A DNA stretch of 64,000 nt from an uncultured bacterium (GTDB lineage Bacteria; Actinomycetota; Acidimicrobiia; Spongiisociales; UBA5794), in assembly GCA_963801165.1 (NCBI GenBank), contig CAWDDT010000005.1:602193-666192 (forward strand). The letters are read 5' to 3'. Positions within the stretch are counted from its first letter, which is position 1. Every line of letters starts with the position of its first letter. Below the pieces are notes generated by a model. The model was not told the DNA's origin. It made no database searches and was given only the letters and a program-made list of their open reading frames with translations. This document shows, piece by piece, positions 1 through 8,330 of this stretch. The translations under genes and the position numbers were made by a program.

Positions 1-113
1 GCGGCCGCCTTGACACGCTGGCCGAAGTCCGATTCGGGGCCGGGCATGTCTTTGAGTGGCGCGGGATCGGACCGGCGCAGCATCTCGAACGGGTCTTCGT
101 TATCTTTGGGCAC
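1..113 (-). CDS. N-terminus of a putative anti-sigma/membrane protein (runs off the left edge)
   Basis: GTG at 113 overlaps the end of the ECF gene, preceded by AGGGGG; translation VPKDNEDPFEMLRRSDPAPLKDMPGPESDFGQRVKAA resembles actinobacterial anti-sigma N-termini; not in ORF track. Confidence 0.5.
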   Translation of the reverse strand, partial: MPKDNEDPFEMLRRSDPAPLKDMPGPESDFGQRVKAA

Positions 114-735
114 ACGCACCCCCTGATTCTCCCGGTTCGTCCCCTCGGCTTGTGTCTGATATGGATGTGTCCGCCTCACCAGGATTGTCGTCCGTCCCCA
201 ACCGGCTCAGCTGTTGCTCAAGGCGCTTGCGTGCCGAATAGCGGCGATCTCGCACTCTGTCGGGCCGAATGTCGAGGACGATTCCGATTTCGCTATTGCT
301 GAGCCCTTCGAAAGCTGCGAGGCGTATGAGTTCTTGGTCTATTGGAGAAAGCTGCGCTAGCGCCAGCAAGATTGCGTCTGATCCCTCGCTGGAGGTGACC
401 AGTTCGGCGGGATTGTCGCTGCGTTTCTGCCGCCAATCAGTTGTGAGGCGATCGACCAACCGGCGCCTACGGGATCGTGCACGGTGTTGGTTGGCGAGGA
501 CACGGCGAGCGACCCCGTACAGCCAAGCTATGTGTACGTCGGCGGAGCGCACCTGATGAAGCTTGCGCCAAGCGACCACATAGACCTCGGCCACTGCATC
601 GTCGGCGTCCTCAGGAGTCGCCGCCCGCCTCCTGCAATAGGCAACGACCTGTCTGAAGGTTGCTGCATGAAGCTCGTCAAAGAACCGATCCGCTTGCAGG
701 CTGGCTTCCCTCGCGGTGTTGTCTTTGGCAGCCAC
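100..735 (-). CDS. ECF RNA polymerase sigma factor
   Basis: Region 2 (DADDAVAEVYVVAWRK, AWLYGVARRVLAN) and region 4 (LSPIDQELIRLAAFEGLSNSEIG) motifs. Confidence 0.9.
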   Translation of the reverse strand: MAAKDNTAREASLQADRFFDELHAATFRQVVAYCRRRAATPEDADDAVAEVYVVAWRKLHQVRSADVHIAWLYGVARRVLANQHRARSRRRRLVDRLTTDWRQKRSDNPAELVTSSEGSDAILLALAQLSPIDQELIRLAAFEGLSNSEIGIVLDIRPDRVRDRRYSARKRLEQQLSRLGTDDNPGEADTSISDTSRGDEPGESGGACAQR

Positions 736-756
736 GTCCCCCCTCAGGACGGCAGG

Positions 757-1356
757 TCATGTGATCCACACCGACGACACGTCGTTGTTCCATCCCGTGG
801 CCATCGATGTAGCCACATCGTACGCTTGAGTCTGACTTGTCGGATACCAGTCACCAGTGCCGCCGGCGAGATCAGCGAAGTACGCAGAGCATGCGCCGAT
901 TTTGAACGACGACGTCTTCTGGTTGAAACCCGAATCCACAAGGTTGTACCACACTTGTCGGCCCCGGAGATAAAGAGCCGATCCCGTATAGGACGTGCCG
1001 TCGTAGAGACGCACGGAGCTGGAGCAGTACGTCACACCCATCGTTGCAGCGTCCAGGTCTTGGTGAGGACGGGCTTCGACTTGCGGTAGCTTGCTCTCGA
1101 GCTCGGCGATCCGCTTGTCCATCTCCACCTCGGTGCGGAAACACTCCGGTGTGTCGATGGCCGCTGGCCAGACCATGCACGCAGCGGCGCCCTCCCAATC
1201 ACGGCTCATGTCAATGAGCTCGCCCTCAAACAACGCCAGGGTCGCCTCTGCACTAGGCGGCGCTTCGTTCTCCGAAGCGGATGCCGTTGCCGGCGCCGCC
1301 ATCACAATGAACATGGCAATCGTCACAATCAAGCGAGTGATTCGTCGGTAATCCAT
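757..1356 (-). CDS. Secreted protein with C-terminal peptidase inhibitor I36 / beta-gamma-crystallin-like domain
   Basis: Signal peptide ending ATA/ASA; C..RLYDGTSYTG, FNQKTSS and WNNDVSS motifs; RBS AAAGGAG. Confidence 0.7.
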   Translation of the reverse strand: MDYRRITRLIVTIAMFIVMAAPATASASENEAPPSAEATLALFEGELIDMSRDWEGAAACMVWPAAIDTPECFRTEVEMDKRIAELESKLPQVEARPHQDLDAATMGVTYCSSSVRLYDGTSYTGSALYLRGRQVWYNLVDSGFNQKTSSFKIGACSAYFADLAGGTGDWYPTSQTQAYDVATSMATGWNNDVSSVWIT

Positions 1357-1554
1357 AGTCTGTGTCTCTCCTTTGCTAAACGGCGCCTGGCATCGCGCCG
1401 GCGCAGCAACAGAACCACGCCTATCAGGATGTGTGTCCGGGTACGGTCAAACGTCGGCGACATTTCTTAGCGAACCGACACTAATAACACGACCAGTTCT
1501 CTCAGGAGGTGACTCATCGCACAAGTAGTAGGGCTGTCGCTGAGCAGCAACGCC

Positions 1555-2115
1555 GTGTGCGCGCTGTCAGTGTCCACCCTCATTGCCAGTCAACACGGAC
1601 TCATCGATCACCTGCGCCAAACAGGAGTTCGGGTTGTTCCGGTTGCTCAAGGAAGGTCGTATCCGCCCTGGATTCATGTGATCGCGTGGGAGGAGCTGGC
1701 AGAATGGAAGGCCGAGGACACTCCCAGCCTGATCGTAATCGCGCAGCGGGCAGACGAGTCTGAGCAACGGTTAGCCGCCAAACTTGGTGCGGCGGCGCTG
1801 ATCGCCGACGATAGGTTACGCGAAGATTTCGCGTCGGTTATTCAGGCTGTGACGGCAGGCTTCTACCCGGTGCCCCTTCGCGTCGCTCCGAGTCTGGCAT
1901 CCCGCATTGCCGTTCCCCCGGCCAGCATCGGGTTGGATGACGTCGCCATACTGAAGTACCTGCTGCAAGGGGCGACCGTTGCGGATGTCGCAGCTGAGAT
2001 GGGATGCTCCGAGCGGCATGCCCGCCGCAAACTACGGACAGTATGGGATCAAATGGGGGTTAGTGGGCGCCGAGAAGGCCTTGCCGAAGCCGTACGGTGG
2101 GGACTGTCGCATTGA
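1555..2115 (+). CDS. LuxR/NarL-like regulator (degenerate receiver plus C-terminal HTH)
   Basis: C-terminus ILKYLLQGATVADVAAEMGCSERHARRKLRTVWDQMGVSGRREGLAEAVRWGL; true start may be upstream (ATC 1516). Confidence 0.75.
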   Translation: MCALSVSTLIASQHGLIDHLRQTGVRVVPVAQGRSYPPWIHVIAWEELAEWKAEDTPSLIVIAQRADESEQRLAAKLGAAALIADDRLREDFASVIQAVTAGFYPVPLRVAPSLASRIAVPPASIGLDDVAILKYLLQGATVADVAAEMGCSERHARRKLRTVWDQMGVSGRREGLAEAVRWGLSH

Positions 2116-2417
2116 GGTCTCGACAGCCTCATCCAGAGGATCGATACCCCGGTAGGTGCTACGTGGAGGCCAACCCGAAAACGGTCGGTTGTGTGCAAGG
2201 CTCACCGAGCCAGGTTCCTATCCGACCTAACGCTGGCGTCAACAGCCACCACCGGGATCCCGACTGCCACGCCTCGTATGGCACCTCGCTGCATCCCATC
2301 TCCTCTCGCCCCGACCTGGGCCGCCCGAGCTGAGGAAGGCGTCCGACAAACAGGGCTGTGCGGACACATAAGGATTGTCTGGGGCTCTCACAGTGGGAGC
2401 CCTGTTGGAAGGAGATG

Positions 2418-2735
2418 ATGGAAGTGGAGCTAGTCGTACGTCGTAGACTGCCAGCGCTCTTGCTTGCGTTGGCAATGCTCGTGGGGATGCTGGGCGTCAC
2501 GGCCGGTCCCGCAGACGCGGTGGATTGCATCCGTGGTGACACGGTGAGCTACTCGAGCGATTGGGCTCGAACCGTCGATGTGAACGGCTATTGCGGCACT
2601 GTCGGCGCGAATCACAAATACGACCCGGTATGGAGCAGCAACAACTACTGGACCGGTTGGTATTACGGTGCCGACGTCGCCCAGACGCCGAGCACGGCGG
2701 AGCTGTACCTACACGCACATTGGTCCAGTTCGTAG
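2418..2735 (+). CDS. Small secreted peptide/protein (about 70-aa mature, 2 Cys, Trp/Tyr-rich); bacteriocin- or signal-like
   Basis: RBS AAGGAG at 2409; Sec signal RRRLPALLLALAMLVGMLGVTAGPADA; start may be 2415, 2418 or 2424. Confidence 0.7.
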   Translation: MEVELVVRRRLPALLLALAMLVGMLGVTAGPADAVDCIRGDTVSYSSDWARTVDVNGYCGTVGANHKYDPVWSSNNYWTGWYYGADVAQTPSTAELYLHAHWSSS

Positions 2736-2740
2736 TTAGC

Positions 2741-3349
2741 ATGCGACTCGTGAGAAGCGTCGTTTTGCTTGGGCTAGTTGTCCTCGTTGCCGGTTGTTCA
2801 GGCAACGGGGACAACCCGTCTGTCCCGTCGTCGTCGGCCGTACCCGGAGAAGATATCCCGGGCCTCTATCAGGAGGCAGAAGCTGCGGGCGCCGACGAGA
2901 GCCAGCTTGCGGCACTTGCGGACGCTGTTGTCACCTTCGGTGAGTATGAGACGTCGATGCAGCAGACGTTTGCGTGCATCCGTGATGCTGGAGTTGAGGT
3001 GGTGGAACTGGGGACGGACGAGTCACGCGGGTTCCCAATACTCAACTATGCGACGGCGGCCAGCGCCCCCGGCCTCACAGAGGCTGAGGTAGCGGCGGCT
3101 ACCGAGGATTGTATGGTGCGGTTTGGCAAGTTCGTGGATACAGCATGGCAGGTCTATAGCGATGAGGCTGTCGAGGCATCGGATGCTCGTTGGGATCGGG
3201 TGCGAGCACCGCTTCTTGAGTGTCTCTCGGCGGCTGGAGAGGATCTCCCTCCGGATGCGTCGCGCACCGAGATGCTTGCGGCGTCGCAGCAGATCATGGA
3301 TCGTGGCGGGGTGGATTGCCTGACCGAGGCTGACTTCTTCGGCGAGTAG
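2741..3349 (+). CDS. Lipoprotein, hypothetical (possible immunity/accessory factor)
   Basis: ATG 2741, lipobox LVAGC; acidic, four further Cys. Confidence 0.8.
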   Translation: MRLVRSVVLLGLVVLVAGCSGNGDNPSVPSSSAVPGEDIPGLYQEAEAAGADESQLAALADAVVTFGEYETSMQQTFACIRDAGVEVVELGTDESRGFPILNYATAASAPGLTEAEVAAATEDCMVRFGKFVDTAWQVYSDEAVEASDARWDRVRAPLLECLSAAGEDLPPDASRTEMLAASQQIMDRGGVDCLTEADFFGE

Positions 3350-3372
3350 TAGGAGGCGACGACATCCGAGTT

Positions 3373-4395
3373 GTGCTGTTGTTCGTGACGCTGGTATTCC
3401 TGGTCCCAGGTGCGATCTTGGCTGCAATCGTGGTGGCAGGAAGCGATGACCCTTCTCCGCTGACGGGTGACGTCGCTTCGGAGCCGCTCGTTGTAGATGT
3501 GTCCGTCTCGAGTCGTCTTGACGAATACCGGGTCGCGCTCACTGTGAATAGTCTCCCGCCGGCAACGCTCAAGGCCGTAGGGCTGTCCGGTCGGATAACC
3601 GACGTCAATGTTGCTTCTGGGGCAACGTTGACCTCCGGTGACCCGATTCTGGCAGTAGGTGACGTCGAGCGACTGGCCATGGTGGCCGACGGTCCGCTGT
3701 GGCGTGACCTCGGCAGCGGCGACAACGGTGATGATGTCGAGAGGCTGCAGCGGTTCCTCACCGACCTTGGCTACGACACGAGTGGGGCGGACGGTTCCGT
3801 TGGTCCGAGCACGTTGGCAGCGATTCGAGCGTTCAACAACGACTACGGGTGGGGTCAGCCGTCGGGCCTGTTTCGTAGCGGTGCCGTCATCTGGATCGGG
3901 GCAACCGACTTCGCTGTGGGCGAAGTGGCTGTCAAGACCGGAGATCTGATCGACGGCGGCCAAGAGCTCGCCATTGGCCCCGAATATGCCAAGTCGGTGA
4001 CAGTGGCAGAACCGCCCAATGCCCCCAGGCAAACAGATGAGGACTACGTCCTGGTTGTAGAAGGCATTTCTGTTCCCTACGTACCGGGGTCGGACGTAAT
4101 CGACGACTTCGATGACGCTCAAGCGGTGGCGAATGCAGTTGGTGACAGTGAGGAACCAGGCGGCGTCGTGCAACGCAATGAAGCTCGACAAGTCAAGGTC
4201 GTCCCCGCTACCGCGGTGGTGACGGATCAAGCAGGGGGACGATGTGTCTATGTCCCCGACGGATCTGGATTCCTCCCCGTTGCTGTGGAACCTATCGGCG
4301 GAGGCGTCGCCACTGTCGAGATAGACGCCTCGTTCAACCACGAAACCGTCCTCTCCAACCCGCGACAAGTTCTCGGGGCACCGACGTGCAGCTGA
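3373..4395 (+). CDS. Peptidoglycan-binding-domain membrane-fusion-like adaptor of ABC exporter
   Basis: N-terminal TM; LWRDLGSGDNGDDVERLQRFLTDLGY...T..AIRAF PG-binding motif; VPATAVV MFP C-terminal motif. Confidence 0.8.
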   Translation: MLLFVTLVFLVPGAILAAIVVAGSDDPSPLTGDVASEPLVVDVSVSSRLDEYRVALTVNSLPPATLKAVGLSGRITDVNVASGATLTSGDPILAVGDVERLAMVADGPLWRDLGSGDNGDDVERLQRFLTDLGYDTSGADGSVGPSTLAAIRAFNNDYGWGQPSGLFRSGAVIWIGATDFAVGEVAVKTGDLIDGGQELAIGPEYAKSVTVAEPPNAPRQTDEDYVLVVEGISVPYVPGSDVIDDFDDAQAVANAVGDSEEPGGVVQRNEARQVKVVPATAVVTDQAGGRCVYVPDGSGFLPVAVEPIGGGVATVEIDASFNHETVLSNPRQVLGAPTCS

Positions 4396-5024
4396 GCGCG
4401 ACCGACATCACACATCGATACGACCGCACAGCCTCACCGGTCCTCGACGACGTCACTCTTGAGGTGGGCCTTGGCGAGCGAGTAGCGGTGATGGGCCCGT
4501 CGGGCTCGGGCAAAACCACCCTGCTTGCGATCCTCGGCGGCATGCTCAAACCCACACACGGTCGTGCCGCCATTCACGTCGACGACGACCGAACCCTCTC
4601 GCCCGGCGGCTATGTAGCATGGGTACTCCAGACCAGCAACATCCTGCCCGACCGCTCCACCCTCGACAATGTCACTATCGGAGCCTTCGCCGCAGGTCAA
4701 AGACGACCTGCCGCGACACGCGAAGCCGGACATGCCCTCGGTTTGGTTGGCCTGTCCTCCCTTGCGACAAGGCCGGTGCGCCAACTCTCCGGAGGTGAGG
4801 TGCAACGAGTCGCCACCGCAAGGGCCATCGTTTCACGACGTCCGTTCATTCTCGCCGACGAGCCTACCGGCCAACTAGACCAGGCTACATCCGTACCGGT
4901 CCTTGATGCGCTCCTTGCTGACAGCGAGTCCAGAGGTGTGGTCGTTGTAACTCACGACCCTGCCGTCGCGCAGCGGTGCGATCGGATCTACCGGCTCGAG
5001 AACGCCCGACTCGTGACGGCATGA
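4386..5024 (+). CDS. ABC transporter ATP-binding protein (LolD/MacB type)
   Basis: GPSGSGKTT, LSGGEVQR, ILADEPT, VVTHD; GTG start overlaps the previous gene. Confidence 0.9.
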   Translation: MQLSATDITHRYDRTASPVLDDVTLEVGLGERVAVMGPSGSGKTTLLAILGGMLKPTHGRAAIHVDDDRTLSPGGYVAWVLQTSNILPDRSTLDNVTIGAFAAGQRRPAATREAGHALGLVGLSSLATRPVRQLSGGEVQRVATARAIVSRRPFILADEPTGQLDQATSVPVLDALLADSESRGVVVVTHDPAVAQRCDRIYRLENARLVTA

Positions 5025-6160
5025 CTCGCACTCCGAACCCCGCACCTCGTCAGCGTTGGCCCCTAACAGCTGCGGTTGGAGAGGGAGTACGCAACGCGGC
5101 CCACGGCCGGACTTCTACCGCAGTGCTCTTGTTATTGATCGGCTGGGGAATCGGAGCACTCGCAAGCCTCGACGCCCGCAACGTAAACCAAATAGTCATC
5201 GAGGAACAGCAGTTCGTAGACGCCGGGGGTCGGGTTCTCGTCGCAGAAACACCCACCGGCGTAGACCGGCAGCGCTGCGACGCTCTCAACTCAAGTACCG
5301 GCGTGGTCGCGGCAACGGCCGTATCCCGTCTAACTGTCTTCTATGAGATCAGAGCCCTTCCCGGCAGCCAGGTCGCCGTCATCACCGCGACCAGCGGGAT
5401 CGCCGGGTTTGTCGCCAATGCTGCTCCGGTCGGAACTCAAGCAGCATTGACTCCCCAACTCACAGAACGAATCGGAATCGGACCCGGCGAATCTATCGAA
5501 CTAGTCGAACCGAACCAACGCTCCGGACCAGTGACCACGAACGACACCGTTCCAGCAGAACCGCTCACCATCGGTCCAGCAGTAGATCTTGCTCTACTTG
5601 GTGACACCTACAACACCGGGGTGCTGATCCCGGCCGCTCCGATCGGGGTCGCGGATGCATGTTACGTTTGGGCTGAACCCAGCCACCTGGAAGCTCTCTC
5701 GGCGGCGCTCCCCGCACTACTCGTCCGTGATGGTGAAGAGGCTACCGTCCGACCGCGGCTCTTCGAAGGCGAGTTCACGGTGGACTACCAACGCCAGTAC
5801 GACTCCCGAACGCTCCGTTATGGCTGGATCTTCGGGGCTGTCGTCCTCACCCTCGTATGGCAGCTACTCACCTGGACGCGCCGATCCCGGGACGCCCTAT
5901 ACGCCAGCGTCGGTGCTGATGCTTCTACTCGAGCGACAATAAGACTCACCGAGTGGATCGTGGTAGCAACTACAGGAGGTGTGTGGGCCACAGCAATAGG
6001 CATCCTGCTCGCAACTCACGGCGAAGTCCCGACCGACATTGCTTGGGAGTTCGTTGTCCGGCAGGTCGTAGCAACCCTCGCCGCCAGCACAGCATTGATT
6101 ACTGTAACGGGACTGCTTTGGCGGCGAGCATCGGTTCTCGCGGCACTCAAAGACAAATAG
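5021..6160 (+). CDS. ABC transporter permease (FtsX/MacB-like)
   Basis: ATGA overlap with ATPase; one N-terminal TM, extracellular domain, three C-terminal TMs. Confidence 0.8.
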   Translation: MTRTPNPAPRQRWPLTAAVGEGVRNAAHGRTSTAVLLLLIGWGIGALASLDARNVNQIVIEEQQFVDAGGRVLVAETPTGVDRQRCDALNSSTGVVAATAVSRLTVFYEIRALPGSQVAVITATSGIAGFVANAAPVGTQAALTPQLTERIGIGPGESIELVEPNQRSGPVTTNDTVPAEPLTIGPAVDLALLGDTYNTGVLIPAAPIGVADACYVWAEPSHLEALSAALPALLVRDGEEATVRPRLFEGEFTVDYQRQYDSRTLRYGWIFGAVVLTLVWQLLTWTRRSRDALYASVGADASTRATIRLTEWIVVATTGGVWATAIGILLATHGEVPTDIAWEFVVRQVVATLAASTALITVTGLLWRRASVLAALKDK

Positions 6161-6192
6161 CCGGCAAAGGCGCTGTCCAGCGCACCACCACG

Positions 6193-6393
6193 TCACCGGA
6201 GAAAACGGCGCCAGTGCCCAAGCGCCACACCAACGATGACAGCCGCTGCACACACAAAGGCAACAACGTTCCTCCGAAAGCGCCTCCGTAGCCATTCGCC
6301 CCGAGAAACAACCTCAGATAGCGGGACCGAAAGACCGGATGCACGAGCAGTCGCGTTCCTAAGATGCGAAACGAGCCGTTCCTCAAATGCCAT
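6193..6393 (-). pseudogene. Truncated N-terminal fragment of an anti-sigma-like membrane protein
   Basis: MAFEERLVSHLR...LSEVVSRGEWLRRRFRR followed by a hydrophobic stretch, then stop; ECF-type promoter directly upstream. Confidence 0.4.
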
Positions 6394-6414
6394 GTCGTCT
6401 GCTTCATGTCCATG

Positions 6415-6440
6415 AACGCCCGAAGGCCCCGCAACGTTCC
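6415..6440 (-). promoter_or_regulatory. ECF (SigH/SigE-like) promoter GGAAC-N17-CGTT
   Basis: Exact consensus and spacing on the minus strand. Confidence 0.5.
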
Positions 6441-6581
6441 GTCCCCGAAACGGAATCGGCAGTCCCGCACCCGAAGCGTGGATATCGTAGGTTATCCGTG
6501 TTGGGCCAGGAGGGGTCCGAAGTCGCGATGCAGCGTCGCGTCCTGAAGCTGCGGCGAAACCGTCCCCGATCGCGAGATATG

Positions 6582-6621
6582 GGCGATATCGCACCAAATA
6601 CTGCGTGCGAGATATCGGCAC
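6582..6621. repeat. Partial copy of the inter-unit repeat, forming an imperfect inverted repeat
   Basis: GTGCGAGATATCGGCAC (6605-6621) is identical to the end of the 8203 copy; pairs with GGCGATATCGCAC upstream. Confidence 0.55.
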
Positions 6622-6701
6622 TTCTGCGAGCGGGCTGGTGAATGCTCGGTGTGGTCGGAAGGGCGAGCCAGGCAATTGGGCGATTGGCGGTATTGGTTCG
6701 G

Positions 6702-7112
6702 CTATGGGCGCAGTTCGAGGAAGCCGGCGGCTGCGAAGTCCTGGTCGAATGCGAGAGCTTCGCGGAGGCGACGGTCGCGCATGACTTGGAAGCTGGTGGC
6801 ATCGACAAACGAGTAGGTGCGTTCGTCGTGTTTGCGGAGCCATTCCCATGCCTTGTCCTCTTGCTCGGAGGTGACGCGATGAACGGTGAGTTTGGCCTGC
6901 TCGTCGAGGGCATCAATCCGGTCGATGAACCCGACCGCGGTGGTGTGTCCATCCTTGCGTCGTAGGAAGGTCCAGGTTTCACCCACAATGAGGTTGGTGG
7001 TGAGTACTTGTTCGTTGGGTCCGAGATGATCTAGCAGCGCCACCGCATCATCGTGTCGTCCGTCGCCGGGCAGTGACCAGGCAACCCACCAGCTGGTGTC
7101 GGCGAACTTCAC
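6702..7112 (-). CDS. vapC: VapC-family PIN-domain toxin
   Basis: FADTS, ETWT, SFVDATS, LAFDQDF acidic PIN motifs; overlaps antitoxin stop. Confidence 0.9.
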   Translation of the reverse strand: MKFADTSWWVAWSLPGDGRHDDAVALLDHLGPNEQVLTTNLIVGETWTFLRRKDGHTTAVGFIDRIDALDEQAKLTVHRVTSEQEDKAWEWLRKHDERTYSFVDATSFQVMRDRRLREALAFDQDFAAAGFLELRP

Positions 7113-7339
7113 GAGTCGTACACGACCCGGTCGATCTCGCCTGGCTCAACCGACGCGTCTGGTGAGGCGAAACCGGCCAGGCGATGCCAAGGATCTTCCG
7201 CCGTATCGTCGTCCTGTTCGGGTAGGACGGCAGCCAATCCGCGGCGAATGAGCTCTGACTTGGAAATGCCACGCCTTTTCGCTTCGGTGGCGGCCTCTGC
7301 GTCGAGTTCGTCGGGGATCGTGATAGTGATCGTTTTCAT
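7109..7339 (-). CDS. Ribbon-helix-helix (CopG/VapB) antitoxin, leaderless
   Basis: MKTITITIPDEL...AKRRGISKSELIRRGL; TATGAT -10 box 6 nt before ATG; TATGTAT direct repeats upstream. Confidence 0.85.
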   Translation of the reverse strand: MKTITITIPDELDAEAATEAKRRGISKSELIRRGLAAVLPEQDDDTAEDPWHRLAGFASPDASVEPGEIDRVVYDS

Positions 7340-7400
7340 ACCGACATCATACATACCAGCTGTGTCGTTGTATACATAGCTGACTCCGAGGCTGGCCCGA

Positions 7401-7455
7401 GATCAACAATTCTGTTGCGAGAACGCTCACTTCGAACGGTGATCGAGATCGGCAC
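7401..7455. repeat. ~55-bp inter-unit repeat, copy A
   Basis: GATCAACAATTCTG..GC..GAAC...CACTTC...CGGTG...GA.ATCGGCAC aligns without gaps to 8203-8257. Confidence 0.75.
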
Positions 7456-7499
7456 GTCCGAGTGCGGGCGGGCGGCCACTCCGAGTCGTCACGAGCGGG

Positions 7500-7907
7500 T
7501 TAGTGGTCTGGGTGGGGGACAGCGATGACGGTGAGTCCGTCGATACCTGTGAAGTCACGTGGGTTGCACGTGTGTAGAGGTAGATCGTTGGCAACGGCGA
7601 TGGCTGCAATCATCGCGTCGTAAGCACGGGCTGCTGGTTTGCGTCCTGCTCGGCGCAACGCAGCAGCGACCTGGCCGAAGCTACGAGCGGCGGTAGCGTC
7701 GAAGGGGAGAGGGTCGAAGTCGGCTTCGGCTTGCTGGAGGTGTGCTTGCCGGGCGGCTCGTTCTTCTTCGGTCGAAGCTACCAGTGGTCCCACCGAGAGC
7801 TCGGCGAGTGTGATCGCGGTTATCACCGGCTCGGCGGGGAGCGGGTCTGTCTCTTGGAGACGTCCGAGCAGGATGAGTGTGCTGGTGTCGAGTATTCCGC
7901 GTGCCAT
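7500..7907 (-). CDS. vapC: VapC-family PIN-domain toxin
   Basis: ILDTS, ITLAEL, DAMIAAIA, LHTCNPRDF. Confidence 0.9.
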   Translation of the reverse strand: MARGILDTSTLILLGRLQETDPLPAEPVITAITLAELSVGPLVASTEEERAARQAHLQQAEADFDPLPFDATAARSFGQVAAALRRAGRKPAARAYDAMIAAIAVANDLPLHTCNPRDFTGIDGLTVIAVPHPDH

Positions 7908-7910
7908 GGG

Positions 7911-8147
7911 CTAGAGGGCGGGGTCGAGGATCTGGTCGACGTCTTGGCGCAACCGGTCTGGGTCTAGGGCGGGGAGGCTTCGCCGTCGCCCGATCGCGGC
8001 GCCTAGCGACATGGGTTCGCGGCCGAGGGGGCGGAGTTCGGCGACGGGCTTGCCTGATCGAGTGATGGTTAGTCGTTCGCCTTTTGCGGCGCGGTCGACC
8101 ACGTCGCCGCCATGGTTGCGTAGCTCGCGGATTGATACTTCTGACAT
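7911..8147 (-). CDS. Phd/YefM-family antitoxin, leaderless
   Basis: VSIRELRNH...GERLTITRSGKPVAEL; TACGAT -10 box 6 nt before ATG. Confidence 0.9.
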   Translation of the reverse strand: MSEVSIRELRNHGGDVVDRAAKGERLTITRSGKPVAELRPLGREPMSLGAAIGRRRSLPALDPDRLRQDVDQILDPAL

Positions 8148-8155
8148 ACCCGAAT

Positions 8156-8173
8156 CGTATCACGCGTGATACG
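8156..8173. promoter_or_regulatory. Perfect 18-bp palindrome CGTATCACGCGTGATACG, likely TA autorepression operator
   Basis: Overlaps the -10 box of the phd-vapC pair. Confidence 0.7.
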
Positions 8174-8202
8174 GCTATGGAAGACACGCAACCAGCCACG
8201 CC

Positions 8203-8257
8203 GATCAACAATTCTGCAGCAGGAACACGCACTTCACGCGGTGCGAGATATCGGCAC
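8203..8257. repeat. ~55-bp inter-unit repeat, copy B
   Basis: Same conserved blocks as 7401-7455. Confidence 0.75.
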
Positions 8258-8330
8258 CTACAGGATCGGGTGGCCGAACACCCAACGTGACGATCGTCAC
8301 TGGCGAGGCGTCCCGCCCCCGACGACGACC

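Noticed and set aside
2418-2735. Modified RiPP precursor
   Set aside because: Has a Sec signal and there are no modifying enzymes or peptidase-containing transporter nearby
7401-8257. Classical integron attC sites
   Set aside because: No RYYYAAC/GTTRRRY ends, no long bottom-strand hairpin in the two full copies, and no intI in the window
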